The notes under the pieces were generated by a model. That model was not told the DNA's origin. It was given only the letters and a program-made list of their open reading frames with translations, and did no database searches. A stretch of 64,000 bases of DNA, taken from NCBI GenBank assembly GCA_043228905.1, contig JBHGNT010000034.1:226292-290291 (forward strand), read 5' to 3'. This DNA is from Azolla caroliniana (Eukaryota; Plantae; Polypodiophyta). A program made the position numbers and the translations under genes. Of the stretch, positions 35,474-49,709 are shown in pieces (the first letter of the stretch is position 1; every line of letters starts with the position of its first letter).

Positions 35474-36189
35474 TTTCTGCAGCAGTTCGCTCTGATACCA
35501 AATTGATGAGGAATGATCGTCTCTTCAAACTTCACCTCTCGGCCACAACCAAGGAAACACACGAATCGTTGTTGCAGAAAATAGGAAATGCGAAAGATAG
35601 AGTGGACACACGATTTATCGTGGAAAACCCTATACGGGAAAAACCACGGGAGTACAAGACTCCAAACCAATACTATGCACAGAGAAGTATACAATGGCGA
35701 GCTGCAAGGCGACGACCTTGAGCTCGCTGTCCTCGCCACAGGCGGCGGAAATACACAGAGGCGTCGACCTCTTCCTCACTCACGCTCTATCTCTCTCTCT
35801 CTCCGGCTGCTCTCTCTTCACTCCTCTTGAGTGGAAAAACAAGAAAAATGATCAGCAACAACTGTTTGCCCTAAGTCATATTTATACACATATGACTTTC
35901 GGGCTATTTACAAATATAGCCTCAAGGGCCCTTGGCAAACATATTCACAAATATGTCCCCGCATCCGGATCTCTCTCCGGGTACATTCGTCATCCGGCTC
36001 CGTAACCGGGGTCTTCATCATCCGGCTCCGTAGCCGGGGTCTTCGTCATCCGGCCGGGGTCTTCGTCATCCGGCTCCGTAGCCGGGGTCTTCGTCATCCG
36101 GCTCCGTAGCCGGGGTCTTCGTCATCCGGCTCCGTAGCCGGGGTCTTCATCATCCGGCCATCCCATCCGGAGGGACCGTAATCCCAACA

Positions 36190-36855
36190 TCAGGTTGAGA
36201 GACAAGAAAGAAAAAGCAAAGTTTAGGAGGGCGTTGACCACAACATGTGAGTAAATGAAAATGTTGATACCTCGCTCATGTGATATCGGATTTTTGTGTT
36301 CAAACATGTGAATCAAAGCCAATGACACAATCTATAATATGAAATAAAAAAATAATGATTTTGAAACCTATGTCGAGAGGCATAAAGGAAAAAACAAAGT
36401 TGAGGAGGGCGTAGACAAGAACTCATACCTGGCTCGTGTGATATCGGATTTTTGTGTTCAAACATGCGAATCGAAGCTAATAACACACTCTATAATATGG
36501 AATATAAAAATCATGATTTTGACACTTAGGTTGAGAGACATGAAGAAAAAAGCAAAGTTAAGAAGGGCGTAGAGAAGAGTGTGTGAGTAAATGAAAATGT
36601 TCATACCTGGTTCGTGTGCGATCGGATTTTTGTGCTCAAACATGTGAATCGAAGCTAATGACACACTCTATAATATGGAATCAAAAATTAATGATTTTGA
36701 AACCCACGTCAAGAGACATGAAGAATAAAGCAATGTTTAGGAGGACGTAGACAAGAACGTTTGAGTAAACGAAAATGTTCATTCCTGGCTCGTTTGATAT
36801 CGGATTTTTGTGTTTAAACTAACGAATCGAAGCTAACAATCCTAGCTATGACAAA
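36190..36855 (+). repeat. 178-bp satellite, left array block 4
   Basis: Same monomer and period. Confidence 0.95.
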
Positions 36856-39800
36856 TGTAAAAAGTAGCGTGCGGAAGCAGGTATGAAGATAGAACAGAGG
36901 AAGGAAACACAGGTTCAATGGAGAGCTTGGGCTTACACGGTATATGCGGGAGTGACAGAGAGAGTAAGAGAGAAGACACAAAAACTGTATTCAACAATAA
37001 TACTCAGTCTATGTACATAAGACGTGCTTCGAGAGCACTTTTATACAAGTCGTAGAAGGACTGACCGAAGTAGTGACAGTACTTCAATGCTCATCAAGAG
37101 CTCCTACACTAACTCCCAAATATATTCCGCACGGAATATCTTTCCTAACGGCCTCCCGGTTTATGCACTCGGCCTAACTGATCGGTCCCAACCGATCCGG
37201 TCCTCGGCTTCTTCAACCGATCCGGCCGATGTTGAGCTTTTCTCTCAACACTCCCCCTCAAGCTCAACTCGAGGCTCTTCGGGATCCTCGGGCTGACGGC
37301 TTTGGTTCCTCCTGGCTTCACGCCTCGCTCGCGCTCCTTGACCTGTTCGTCTCCGCGTGCTTCGACCCTTCCGGTCGGCTGGTATGCTCATGCGGCCATT
37401 ATCAGCTCTTTTGCTATTGCGGTGTCGACGCTTCTCCAGCTGCCTTTTCTTCCACTTGGGCCTCGGTTGATTCAGCGTATCTAAATCAACCATCCGAACC
37501 GATTCGGCTACCTCCGATCGGTTTTCGCTCTCGTCCGAGTTGGCTGTCTCCAACTCGTCTTCGGTCTTCTCGCCCTCGATGGCGTCATCTCCCCTATGCG
37601 TGGTTGGCTTCGGCCCTCTCCTTCGGCTGCTCCCCTCGGTACTCGGCCTCGGTGCTCGATAGTGCAACTGTCGGTTGCTTCTTACTGCTCCACGCGATCG
37701 CTGCACTCCCGAGGGAGAACGCGTATCCAGACGTGGATCGGCGATCGGCGGCGTTGCCAGCCCAATCAGCATCGGTGTAGCCGACTAACTGCACGGCTGC
37801 ACCGGTCCGATATAGCAGTCCTCGGTCCTTAGTGCCACTTACGTACCGCAGTACGCGTTGCGAACACTGAAGGTGCTCCTCGGTAGGTCGCGGCATGAAC
37901 TGACTGATCACTCCGACCGGATAACTGAGGTCGGGTCGGGTGATGGTCAAGTATATGAGGCTTCCGACAATTTGTCGGAACCTCGTCGGGTCGCATACCT
38001 TTCCCGTATCGGGACGAAGCTTGACGGTTCTGTCCAGAGGAGTCGAGACGGTCTTACAGTCGGCCATCCCGAATTTGAAGAGCATACTCAACACGTAATG
38101 ACGTTGGCTGATCAATATGCCTTCGAGGGTACAGATCACTTCGATCCCGAGGAAGTAATGAAGGTCCCCCAGATCCTTCATGTCGAACGATGCCGCAAGC
38201 TGGAGCTTTACGCGGTCGATTTCACCTAGGTCGGCGCCGGTGATGACCAAGTCATCAACATATAGTAAAATACTAACCGGTCCGAGTCGACCTTTCCGGA
38301 TGAACAGGGAAGAGTCCGATTTTGACGTGAAGAAGCCCATCCGACGCAGTTGTTGCGTGATCTTCGCGTTCCAGGCACGCGGGGCTTGCTTCAGTCCGTA
38401 AAGGGACTTCTTCAGTCGGCATACTGCCGAGGAGTTTGTTCCGGAGTGAAATCCAGGGGGCTATACCATGTACACTTGTTCCTCAAGGTCACCTTGTAGG
38501 AGCGCATTCTTTACATCCATTTGATGTAAGTACCACCCCTTGGCCGCGGCTACTGCGAGCAAAACACGGACGATCGTCATTTTTGCGACCGGCGCAAACG
38601 TCTCATCGTAGTCGATGCCGTGTTTCTGCGCGTAGCCCTTTGCCACTAGCTGAGCCTTGTACCGGTTGACCGAGCCATCGGTGTTGTACTTGACTTTGTA
38701 CACCCATCTACACCCGATCGGCTTCACACCCTTCGGTACGTCAACCAGGTCCCAGGTCTCATTCTCCGCCAATGCGTGCATCTCTTCCTCCATCGCGGCT
38801 CGCCAATTCGCGTCCTTCGCCGCTTCTGCGTAGCTCTCCGGCTCACGCACTTCCGCTACACGGGTCATGTACGCATAATGATGCGCCATGTACTCGTTGT
38901 ATCCGAACCGCAAAACAGGATTCTTCTGGCGGGTAGATCGGCGTAATCTCACATTAGCCGGACCCGTCCCCGGTTCCCGGTTCCCTCGGAGTCGGACTCG
39001 CATCGGTCTGACTCGTTCCTTTCCGTGCCGGAATCCGACACCTTCTTCTTCCCTTTCTCTTTGCGCGTAAGCCGTCTCCTCAACTTCCTGCGCGGGGAAT
39101 GCACGGTCGAGTCTCCACTACTCGCCGGCTCTTCATCGGACTGGTCGTACCGACTCAGTCGTCCGATTGGTCCACTTAACCGGAGTGAAATCGAACTCTC
39201 TTCGCGGGTCTCGATTTCGGGCTCATTCGGAGGCATCTCGGCCTCGCTGACCTCATCGTCAGAGCTCGGATTGGAGTCGGGGTTCCGAGTCGGGGGCAGG
39301 TACCAGGACGTGGACTCGTCAAACACAACGTCGCGACTGACACGTGCTTGTTTGGTGCGAGGGTTATAGCATTTATAACCCTTCTGCTCGTCTGAGTAAC
39401 CGACCAACATGCATTTCTCGGCCTTTGCGTCCAGATTCCTCCTTTTCTCCTTCGGTATATGCACATACGTAAGGCTACCGAACACCCTCAAGTGTCGCAA
39501 GTTCGGCTTCGTTCCGAAATATAGCTCGTGCGCCGACACTTTGTCTCCGATCCGGTTCTGAATGTATATCGCGGTCCTTACTGCCTCGGCCCAGTAGAAC
39601 TTGGGCAAGCTCTTCTCCTCCAGCATTGCCCGTGCCGCTTCCACAATCGACCGATTCTTCCTCTCGGCCACGCCGTTCTGCTCTGGCGTGTATCTACAAC
39701 TGAATTCGCGCCAAATTCCCATTTGTTGTAGATAACCGTTGAATTGATCGGAAAAGTACTCTTTCCCGCCATCTGACCGTAGGCACTTGATCTTCCGTCC

Positions 39801-42034
39801 CGTTTCCGTTTCCACGAACCCTTTGAGGTCACGGAAACAGTCGAAGACTTCGCTCTTCCTCTCAATGAGGTAGATCCACGTGTGCCGTGTGTGGTCGTCG
39901 ATGAAGGAGACGAAATATCGGCTCCTGCCAAGACTAACGTTTTGTGCCGGCCCCCACACATCCGAGTGTATAAGGTCGAGCTTGTTCCGACTACGGTTTC
40001 GCTCGTTGGGGAAAGGAAGTGGGTGTTGCTTCCCGAGCTGGCAGGCTTCACAAATTTGTGCCTTACGGCCACTAAACTTGGGCAATCCGAACACTACCTG
40101 TTTCGTTTGCAGATCTTGAAGCCGCTGGTAGTTGACGTGGCCTATCCGCTTGTGCCACAAGTCGATGTCCGACTCGGTCTTCTGTCCCTTTGCGAACATT
40201 TCGGTGCCGCCGTCAGTGGAATCGAGGATGAACATCCTCCCGTCTCTGCGCCCTTGCGCAATCACACGGCCTTCTTCCTCAATGAAGCACCAGAGGTGTG
40301 TAAACCGAACCTCCATCCCTTGGTCGACGATCTGTCCGACCGAGACCAAGTTCTTTGTGATTGTCGGAACGTGCAACACGTTCTTGAGTTTCCCTTTCTG
40401 CCCGACATGGCTAAGGGGAACTTCTCCGACATTCGCGATCGGATGCGGAGTGTCGTCTCCTGTTGCGACTACTCCCGGTTGTATTGGTTTTTCAAGGTAT
40501 GAGAACCACTCCTTATGGCTCGTCATGTGGTTTGACGCGCCGGAGTCTACGTACCACACCTCGTCCGATCTCGGGGTGCTCTGTTTCATTGAGTTTGCTT
40601 CGTGTCTCGTCACGAAGAGAGACCCTTCTCCAGCTCTCCCGGAGTCTTTGGCGCAGTGTGATCGCTGCCGATTTCCCTTGTCGGTATGTCTGGAGCTGTT
40701 TCTGGAACCGGTTCTCTCCAAATCGGCGCGCTTCTTCCATCACTCGCTTTCCCTGTGGCCTTTCTTGCCACAGTACCAGCACTCCGCAATGGCCTTCCCT
40801 TGCCGGTTCTCATCACTTCGGCTCCCCCTGTTTCCGGAGGGTCCAGAGTTGCTGTCGGCATCACTTTGGTGCCATCTTCCTTGATCTCGTCGGCCGCCTC
40901 CATTGCGCGCCGGCTCGCCTCGTCCTCCACGTCCACGAGGCCTATCTCCCTCCGTGTACAACATTCTGCTGTCGGTGTGCGTGCTCGTTGACGCACCCGC
41001 GTGGTTCTCCTCTACCAGGAGCATCGACTATAAGTCGAAAAAGGACGGCGTATTCTCCCGGGTACACATAGCCGTTCGGAACGCTCCGAACTTCGACGCC
41101 AAACCTCCGAGATAGATCTGGACCATCTCGCTCTCCTCGATGTTTACCTCTATGGAGGCGAGGGAGTCGCAGATATCCTTGATCTTCGAGGTATAGTCCG
41201 CCACCGACAAGTCGCGTTGTCGTAGGTTGCTCAACTCTTGTCGGAGCTGAAGCTTCCTAGCTATGGTGCTCGCGGCGAAAATCTTCTTCAGATTTTCCCA
41301 CGCACCCTTCGGCGTCTTTGCATCCCGAATATAGCTCAATAGCTGTTCGCCCACACACGACGCGAAGAAGTACAACACCCTGCTTGCCGATTGGTCCCAC
41401 GACGGGAAGTCTCTGTGTGTCGATTCGGGTGCCGCGTCATTAGCTCCTTCGACATAACTCCAGTAGCCATGCCCGAGCAGGTACTGGTGCATCTTGTAGG
41501 ACCAAGACGCATAGTTGGTTTTGTCGAGCTTCTCTGTTGGAAGCGAGCTCGCCATGCCTCTATCCATCGTTCTTCTTGTTCTTCTTCGTCAAGTTGTGGC
41601 GGCTGCAGAGAGGTTCTCAACCCTCACGCTCTGATACCATGTACAAAGTAGCGTGCGGAAGCAGGTATGAAGACAGAATAGAGGAAGGAAACACAGGTTC
41701 AATGGAGAGCTTGGGCTTACACGGTATATGCGGGAGAGACAGAGAGAGTAAGAGAGAAGACACAAAAACTGTATTCAACAATAATACTCAGTCTATGTAC
41801 ATAAGACGTGCTCAGAGAGCACTTTTATATAAGTCCTAGAAGGACTGACCGAGTTACTGACAGTACTTCAATGCTCATCAAGAGCTTCTACACTAACTCC
41901 CAAATATATTCCTCACGGAATATCTTTCCTAACGGCCTCCCGGTTTATGCACTCGGCCTAACCGATCGGTTCCAACCGATCTGGTCCTCGGCTTCTTCAG
42001 CCGATCCGGCCGATGTTGAGCTTGTCTCTCAACA
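36856..42034 (-). mobile_element. Ty1/copia LTR retrotransposon, family B, decayed
   Basis: 395-bp LTRs 41640-42034 and 36856-37250 (~18 mismatches by eye); TSD ACAAA; tRNA-iMet PBS at 41628-41639; PPT at 37251-37260. Confidence 0.95.
37594..41567 (-). pseudogene. Copia B polyprotein fragments (gag, zinc knuckle, PR, INT, RT; RNase H truncated)
   Basis: ORFs 41028-41567, 40740-41024 (CWYCGKKGH), 38949-40721 (VDSGAS, SDVWGP), 38461-39003, 37594-38340 (YVDD, YTDADWAG, ending at LSSTEAEYRG). Confidence 0.9.
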
Positions 42035-45000
42035 ACAAAGAATTGAAAAATCATGATTTTGAAACTCAGGTTGAGAGACATGAAGAAAAAACCAAAGCTG
42101 AGCAGGGCGTAGACAAGAACGTTTGAGTAAGTGAAAATGTTCATACCTGGCTCGTGTGATATTGTATTTTTGTGTTCAAAGATATGAATCGAAGCTAACT
42201 ACACACTCTATATTAAGGAATATAAAAAAATGAATTGCAAACTAAGGTCGACATACATGAAGAAAAAAGCAAAGTTGAGGAGAGCGTAGACAAGAGCGCG
42301 TGAGTAAATGAAAATGTTCATACCTGGTTAGTGTGATATCGGATTTTTGTGTTCACACATGTGAATCGAAGCTAATGACACACTCTATAATATGGAATAG
42401 GAAAATAATGATTTTGAAACTCAGGTGGAGAGACAAGAAAGAAAAAAGAAAAGTTATGGAGGATGTAGACAAGTCGGTGTGAGTAAAGAAAAATGTTCAT
42501 AATCGGCAAGTGTCATAATTAATGATTTTGAAACTCAGGTCGAGAGACATGAACAGAAAAACATAGTTGAGGAGGTCCTAAACAAGGGCCTGTGAGTAAA
42601 TGAAAATGTTCATAGCTGGCCTGTGTGATATCAGATTTTTGTGTTCAGAAAAGCGAATCGAAGCTAATGACACACTCCATAATATGGAATTAAAAAATAA
42701 TGATATTGAAACCCAGGTCGAGTGACATGAAAAAAAAAGAAAAGTTGAGGAGGGCGTAGACAAGAACGTTTGAGTAAATGACAATGTTCATACCTGGCTC
42801 ATGTGCTATTAGATTTTGGTGTTCAAACATGCGAATTGAAGATAACAACACACTCTATAATTTAGAATATAGAAATCATGATTTTGAAACTAAGGTTGAG
42901 AGATAAGAAGAAAAAAGCAAAGTTAAGGAGTGCTTATAGAAGAGCGTGTGAGTAAATGAAAATGTTCATACCTGACTCGTTTGATATCGGTTTTTTGTGT
43001 TCAAACATGTGAATCAAACCTAATGACACACTGTATAATATGAAATAAAAAAATAATGATTTTGAAACCCAAGTCTAGAGGCATGAAGAAAAAAACAAGG
43101 TTGAGGAGGCCGTAGACAAGAACTCATACCTGGCTCGTGTGATATCAGATTTTTGTGTTCAAACATGCGAATCGAAGCTAATAACACACTCTATAATATG
43201 GAATATAAAAATCATGATTTTAAAACTCAGGTTGAGAGACATGAAGAAAAAAGCAAAGTCAAGAAGGGCGTAGAGAAGAGCGTGTGAATAATTGAAAATG
43301 TTCATACCTGGTTCGTGTGCGATCGGAATTTTATGCTCAAACATGTGAATCGAAGCTAATGACACACTCTATAATATGGAATCCAAAAATAATGATTTTG
43401 AAACCCAAGTTGAGAGACATGAAGAAAAAAACAAAGTTGAGGAGGACGTAGACAAGAACGTTTGAGTAAACGAAAATGTTCATACCTGGCTCGTGTCATA
43501 TCGGATTTTTTTGTTCAAACATATGAATCAAAGCTAATGACACATTCTATAATATGGAATAGGAAAATTATGATTTTGATACTCAGGTCGAGAGACAGGA
43601 AAAAGAAAGCAAAGTCGACGAGGGTGTAGAGAAGAGCGTGTGAATAAATGAAAATGTTCATAGCTGGCCAGTGTGATATAGGAATTTTTTGTTTAAACTA
43701 ACGAATCGAAGCTAACAATGCTAGCTATGACAAAGAATTGAAAAATCATGATTTTAAAACTCGGGTCGAGAGACATGAGAAAAAAACCAAAGCTGAGGAG
43801 GGCGTAGAAAAGAACATTTGAGTAAATGACAATGTTCATACCTGGCTCGTGTAATATCGGATTTTTGTGTTCAAATATGCGAATCGAGGCTAACAACACA
43901 CTCTATAATATGGAATATAAAAATCATGATTTTGAAAGTCAGGTTGAGAGAAATGAAGAAAAAAGCAAAGTTAAGAAGGGCGTAGAGAAGAACGTGTGAG
44001 TAAATGAAAATGTTCATACCTGGTTCGTGTGCGATCGGATTTTTGTGCTCAAACATGTGAATCGAAGCTAATGACACACTCTATAATTTCCAATTAAAAA
44101 ACAATGATTTCGAAACCCAAGTCGAGAGACACGAAGAAAAAAACGATGTTGAGGAGGACGTAGACAAGAACGTTTGAGTAAACGAAAATGTTCATACCTG
44201 GCTCGTGTCATATCGGATTTTTCTGTTCAAACATACGAATCAAAGCTAATGACACATTCTATAATATGGAATAGGAAAATTATGATTTTGATACTCAGGT
44301 CGAGAGACAGGAAAAAGAAAGCAAAGTCGACGAGGGTGTAGAGAAGACTGTGTGAGTAAATGAAAATGTTCATAGCTGGCCAGTGTGATATAGGATTTTT
44401 GTGTTTAAACTAACGAATAAAAGCTAATAACGTGAGCTATGACAAAGAATTGGAAAATCATGATTTTGAAACTCGGGTCGAGAGACATGAGGAAAAAACC
44501 AAAGCTGAGGAGGGCGTAGACAAGAACATTTGAGTAAATGAAAATGTTCATACCTGGCTCGTGTGATATCGTATTTTTGTGTTCAAACATACGAATCGAA
44601 GCTAACTACACACTCTATATTATGGAATATAAAAATAATGAATTGCAAACTAAGGTCGAGATACATGAACAAAAAAGCAAAGTTCAGGAGAGCGTAGACA
44701 AGAGCGCATGAGTAAGTGAAAATGTTCATAGCTGGCTCGTGTGATATCGGATTTTTGTGTTCAAAAGTGAGAATCGAAGCTAATGATAGAGTCCATAATA
44801 TGGAATCAAACAATAATGATTTTGAAACCCAAGTCGAGAGACATGAAGAAAAAAACATAGTTGAGGAGGGCGTAGACAAGAACGTTTGAGTAAATGAAAA
44901 TGTTCATACCTGGCTCGTGTGATATCTGATTTTAGTGTTCAAACATGCGAATCAAAGCTAACCACACACTCTATAATATGGAATATAAAAATCTTGATTT

Positions 45001-48000
45001 TGAAACTCAGGTTGTGAGAAATGAAGAAAAAAGAAAAGTTAAGAAGGGCATAGAGAAGAGCGTGTGAGTAAATGAAAATGTTCATACCTGGCTCGTGTGA
45101 TATCGGATTTTTGTGTTCAAACATGAAAATCGAAGCTAATAACACACTCTATAATATGGAATATAAAAATCATGATTCTAAAACTCAGGTTGAGAGACAT
45201 GAAGAAAAAAGCAAAGTCAAGAAGGGCGTAGAGAAGAGCGTGTGAATAATTGAAAATGTTCATACCTGGTTCGTGTGCGATCGGAATTTTGTGCTCAAAC
45301 ATGTGAATCGAAGCTAATGACACACTCTATAATATGGAATCCAAAAATAATGATTTTGAAACCCAAGTCGAGAGACATGAAGAAAAAAACAAAGTTGAGG
45401 AGGACGTAGACAAGAACGTTTGAGTAAACGAAAATGTTAACACCTGGCTCGTGTGATATCAGATTTTTGTGTTCAAACATATGATTAAAAATCTTGATTT
45501 TGAAACTCAGGTTGTGAGAAATGAAGAAAAAAGAAATGTTAAGAAGGGCGTAGAGAAGAGCGTGTGAGTAAACGAAAAAGTTCATACCTGGCTCGTGTGA
45601 TATCGGATTTTTGTGTTCAAACATGCGAATCGAAGCTTATAACACACTCTATAATATGGAATATAAAAATCATGATTTTGAAACTCAGGTTGAGAGAAAT
45701 GGACAAAAAAGCAAAGTGAAGTAGTACATAGAGAAGAGCGTGTGAGTAAATGAAAATGTTCATAGCTGGCTCGTGTGATATCAAATTTTTGTGTTCAAAC
45801 ATGGGAATCGAAGCTAATGACACACTCTATAATATGCAATTAAAAAATAATGATTTTGAAATCCAAGTCAAGAGACATGAAGAAAAAAGAAAAGTTGAAG
45901 AGGGCGTAGACAAGAACGTTTGAGTAAATGAGAATGTTCATACCTGGCCCATGTGATATCGGATTTTTGGTTTCAATCATGCGAATCGAAGCTAACAACA
46001 CACTCTATAATATGGAAAATAAAAATCATGATTTTGGAACTCAGGTTGAGAGACAAGAACAAAAAAGCAATGTTACGGAGGGCGTAGACAAGAACGTTTG
46101 AGTAAATGAAAATGTTCATACTTGGCTCGTGTGATAGCGGATTTTTGTGTTCAAACATGTGAATCGAAGCTAACAACACACTCTATAATCATGATTTTGA
46201 AACTCAGGTTGAGAGACAAGAAGAAAAAAGCAAAGTTAAGGAGTGCTTAGAGAAGAGCGTGGGAGTGAATGAAAATGTTGATACCTCGCTCATGTGATAT
46301 CGGATTTTTGTTTACATGGGAATCGAAGCTAACAACAGACTCTATAATATGGAATATAAAATTCATGATTTTGAAACTCAGGTTGAGAGAAATGAAGAAA
46401 AAAGCAAAGTTAAGGAGGTCGTAGAGAAGAGCGTGTGAGTAAATGAAAATGTTTATACCTGGTTTGTGTCATATCGGATTTTTGTGTTCAAACATGCGAA
46501 TCGAAGATAATAACACACTATATAATATGGAATATAAAAATCATGACTTTGACACTCAGGTTGAGAGACAAGAAGAAAAAAGCAAAGTTAACGAGTGCTT
46601 AGAGAAGAGCGTGTGAGTAAATGAAAATGTTCATACATGCCTCGTATGATATCGGATTTTTGTGTTCAAACATGTGAATCGAAGCTAATGACACACTCTA
46701 TAATATGAAATTAAAAAATAATGATTTTGAGACCCAAGTCGAGAGACATGAAGAAAAAAGAGAGTTGAGGAGGACATAGACAAGAACATTTGAGTAAATG
46801 AAAATGTTCATACTTGGCTCGTGTGATATCGGATTTTTGTGTTCAAACATGCGAATCAAAGCTAACAACACACTCTATAATATGGAATATAAAAACCATG
46901 ATTTTGAAACTCAGGTTGAGAGAAAAGAAGAAAAAAGCAAAGTTAAGGAGTACTTGGAGAAGAGCGTGTGAGTAAATGAAAATGTTCATACCTGGCTCGT
47001 GTGGTATCGGATTTTTGTGTTCAAACATGTGAATCGAAGCTAATGACACACTCTATAATTTCCAATTAAAAAACAATGATTTTGAAACTCAGGTCGAGTG
47101 ACATAAAGAAAATACCAAAGCTGAGGAGGGCGTAGAGAAGAACGTTTGAGTAAATGAAAATGTTCATACCTGTCTCGTGTGATATCGTATTTTTGCGTTC
47201 AAACATACGAATCGAAGCTAACTACACACTCTATATTATGGAATATAAAAATAATGATTTGAAAACTAAGGTCGAGATACATGAAGAAAAAAGCAAAGTT
47301 GAGGAGCGCATAGACAAGAGTGTGTGAGTAAATGAAAATGTTCATAGCTGGCTCGTGTGATATCGGATTTTTGTGTTCAAACATGCGAATCGAATCTAAC
47401 TACACTGGCTATGATATGGAATTCAAAAATCATGATTTTGAAAATCAGATCGAGTGACATGAAGAAAATAGCCAAGTGTAGAAGGTCGTAGACAAGAGAG
47501 CGTCAGTAAATAAATATGTCCATACTACAAGAGAGCGTCAGTAAATAAATGTTCATAGCTGGCTCGTGTGATGTTCGATTTTTGTGTTCAAACATGTGAA
47601 TCGAAGCTAACTACACTAGCTATGATATGGAATTGAAAAATGATGATTTTGATACTCAGATCGAGAGACTTGAAGTAAAAAGAAAAGTGGAGAAGGACCT
47701 ATACAAGAGCGCATGAGTAAATGAACATGTTCATACCTGGCTCGTGTGATATTAGATTTTTGTGATCAAACATGCGAATCGAAACTAACTACGCTGGCTA
47801 TGGTATGGAATTGGAAAATCATGATTTTGAAACTCGCATCAAATGACATGAAGAAAATAGCCAAGCGTAGAAGCTCGTAGACAAGAGCGCGTGAGTAAAT
47901 GAAAATGTTCATACCTGTCTCGTGTGATATCAGATTTTTGTGCTCAAACATGCGAATCGAAGATAACTATGCTGGCTATGACATGGAATTGAAAAGTCAT

Positions 48001-48070
48001 GATTTTAAAACTCAGATCGACTGACATGAAGAAAATAGCAAAGTTGAGGAGGTCGTAGACAATAGCGCGT
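42035..48070 (+). repeat. 178-bp satellite, left array block 5
   Basis: Same monomer and period, with some truncated monomers. Confidence 0.95.
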
Positions 48071-49709
48071 TGTCGAGGTATTCCTCGCGGATGCGTGGAA
48101 TGAGGCGGGACTTCGGGGGTCTTGTACTGAAGAGCAAGAGAGAAAGGAGAAGGGAGGGGACCCACTACGTGCGAGCGTAGATTCACAGGGACACGGCCCT
48201 TCGACACAAAGACGCGCGTGGGACATCGACACAGAGAGATACGAATGTATGTAAATGTATATATTAACAAACAAACAACAAGAAGCACGAAGTCGGTTAC
48301 AACCGAACAGGCCGGCGAACAGATGCCGATGCCTGTTCGTAAACGCACATAAAGGAAAGAGTAGGTTGGAGGTGCTGCCGGAAGCACTCGGGCATTCCTC
48401 AGAGCAGTGCGAGCCTCCCGAAGCCTGCACAGCAAGAAGCTACGGAGTTTGCGAGCGAGAGAGAGAGAGAAGCCTCCTGCCCACAAACCGACAACACTTC
48501 GTCCTCGACTCTCCGCGATCCCTTCCCCCCTCCTCGTCTCCCTCCTTTTATAGGCAAGGAAGGGGCCGTTTTCCATTAACTTCCTACCTACCGAATCTAC
48601 CTACCTAGGATCTTCTATGTACCTAATTCTCTCTTATGTACAATATAAGGCGTACGTGCATGAAGAGCCGGTTCCTACGCTCCGGTATACCGATTCCGCT
48701 TGTGGACGGTTTTCTTCACGACATCCGCCCCCACCTAACTGCGCATCCTCCGGCATGCGCCAAATTGAGTCGGGACGGAGAAAACCGGTCCAGCCTTCAT
48801 TCCTCGCCCGTCGGTTCTTCCTCGGTTTAGGATTGTTCGTCGTCGCGGTCCAGGTTAACCGGATCCGGCTCGTCGTCGTGACGCTTTTTGAATGCTTTGA
48901 TCCGCTTCCCAGCTACCGGTATCGCCATTCTCGTGTCGTCGAGTTCCGCCAGATGGTACGTCCCATTGTCGTTGGCGCTTTGTACCACGTAAGGTCCGAA
49001 CCACCTTCTCGCGAACTTTCGTGTCGCTCGGTGCTGGTTGTCGAGGCTGCTGTCGTAGACTAGCACCCTGTCGCCTTCTTTGATCTTCTTTGGTCGGAGC
49101 CGGTGCGTTCGGTCGAACCGGGCTTTGTTCCTCGTCCTTGCCACCCGAAGCTTTCCCGCGGCCTCCTCCACGTCCTCCGGTCTTCGCTCGAGTTGTCGTA
49201 TGCGCGCCGCCAACAGTTCCTCCCGGCTCATCTCGTCTCTCCAGTCCACGGTTGCCCATGAGGGGATCGTACGTTCCATCGGCATGATCGACTTCTGCCC
49301 AAACATGAGCTCTACCGGCATGAATCCGATTACCGAACTGTGCGTAGTTCGGTCTGCCCACAACGTGTAAGGCAACAGCCGCGGCCTGTTCCCGACTTGA
49401 CCTCCACATGCCCGAACTAACGCCTTGACGATCGGTCCGTGTCCGCACTCCACCTTCCCATTCGCCTCCGGATTGTACGCAGTGGTAAGCGAGAGCTTGA
49501 CTCCTAGCCGGTCGAACAGCTCCTCGGCCTCTTCGGCGTCCAACTCCCCGCGATCAGCCACGATCTTCCCGACGCACCTGTACCGGCATATCACGTCCTC
49601 GATCAGGAACCGACATACGGCCGCGGTCGTTTTGTTCTGAAGGGCTCGGCCTTCCACCTGGTTCGTCAGGTCTTCCCGAGCCAGGACCAGATACCGCATC
49701 TGTCCTACT
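48071..49709 (-). mobile_element. 3' portion of a Ty3/gypsy element (integrase, PPT, 3' LTR 48071-48723)
   Basis: Integrase core DRGE...YNPEANGKVE and GPY motif (RRWFGPYVV), no chromodomain; PPT TTAGGTGGGGGCGGA; LTR TGTCG...CGACA; interrupted by copia at 49710. Confidence 0.9.
48827..49709 (-). pseudogene. Gypsy integrase C-terminal part
   Basis: Part of ORF 48827-49945 downstream of the copia LTR junction (VGQMRYLVLAREDLTNQVEGRAL...). Confidence 0.88.

Larger units (their letters stand above)
30557..36189 (-). mobile_element. Full-length Ty1/copia LTR retrotransposon, family A (Tnt1/Tork-like), copy 1
   Basis: LTRs 35504-36189 (5') and 30557-31390 (3'); 5-bp TSD TCAGG; PBS TGGTATCAGAGC (tRNA-iMet) at 35489-35500; PPT at 31391-31400. 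Confidence 0.97.
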
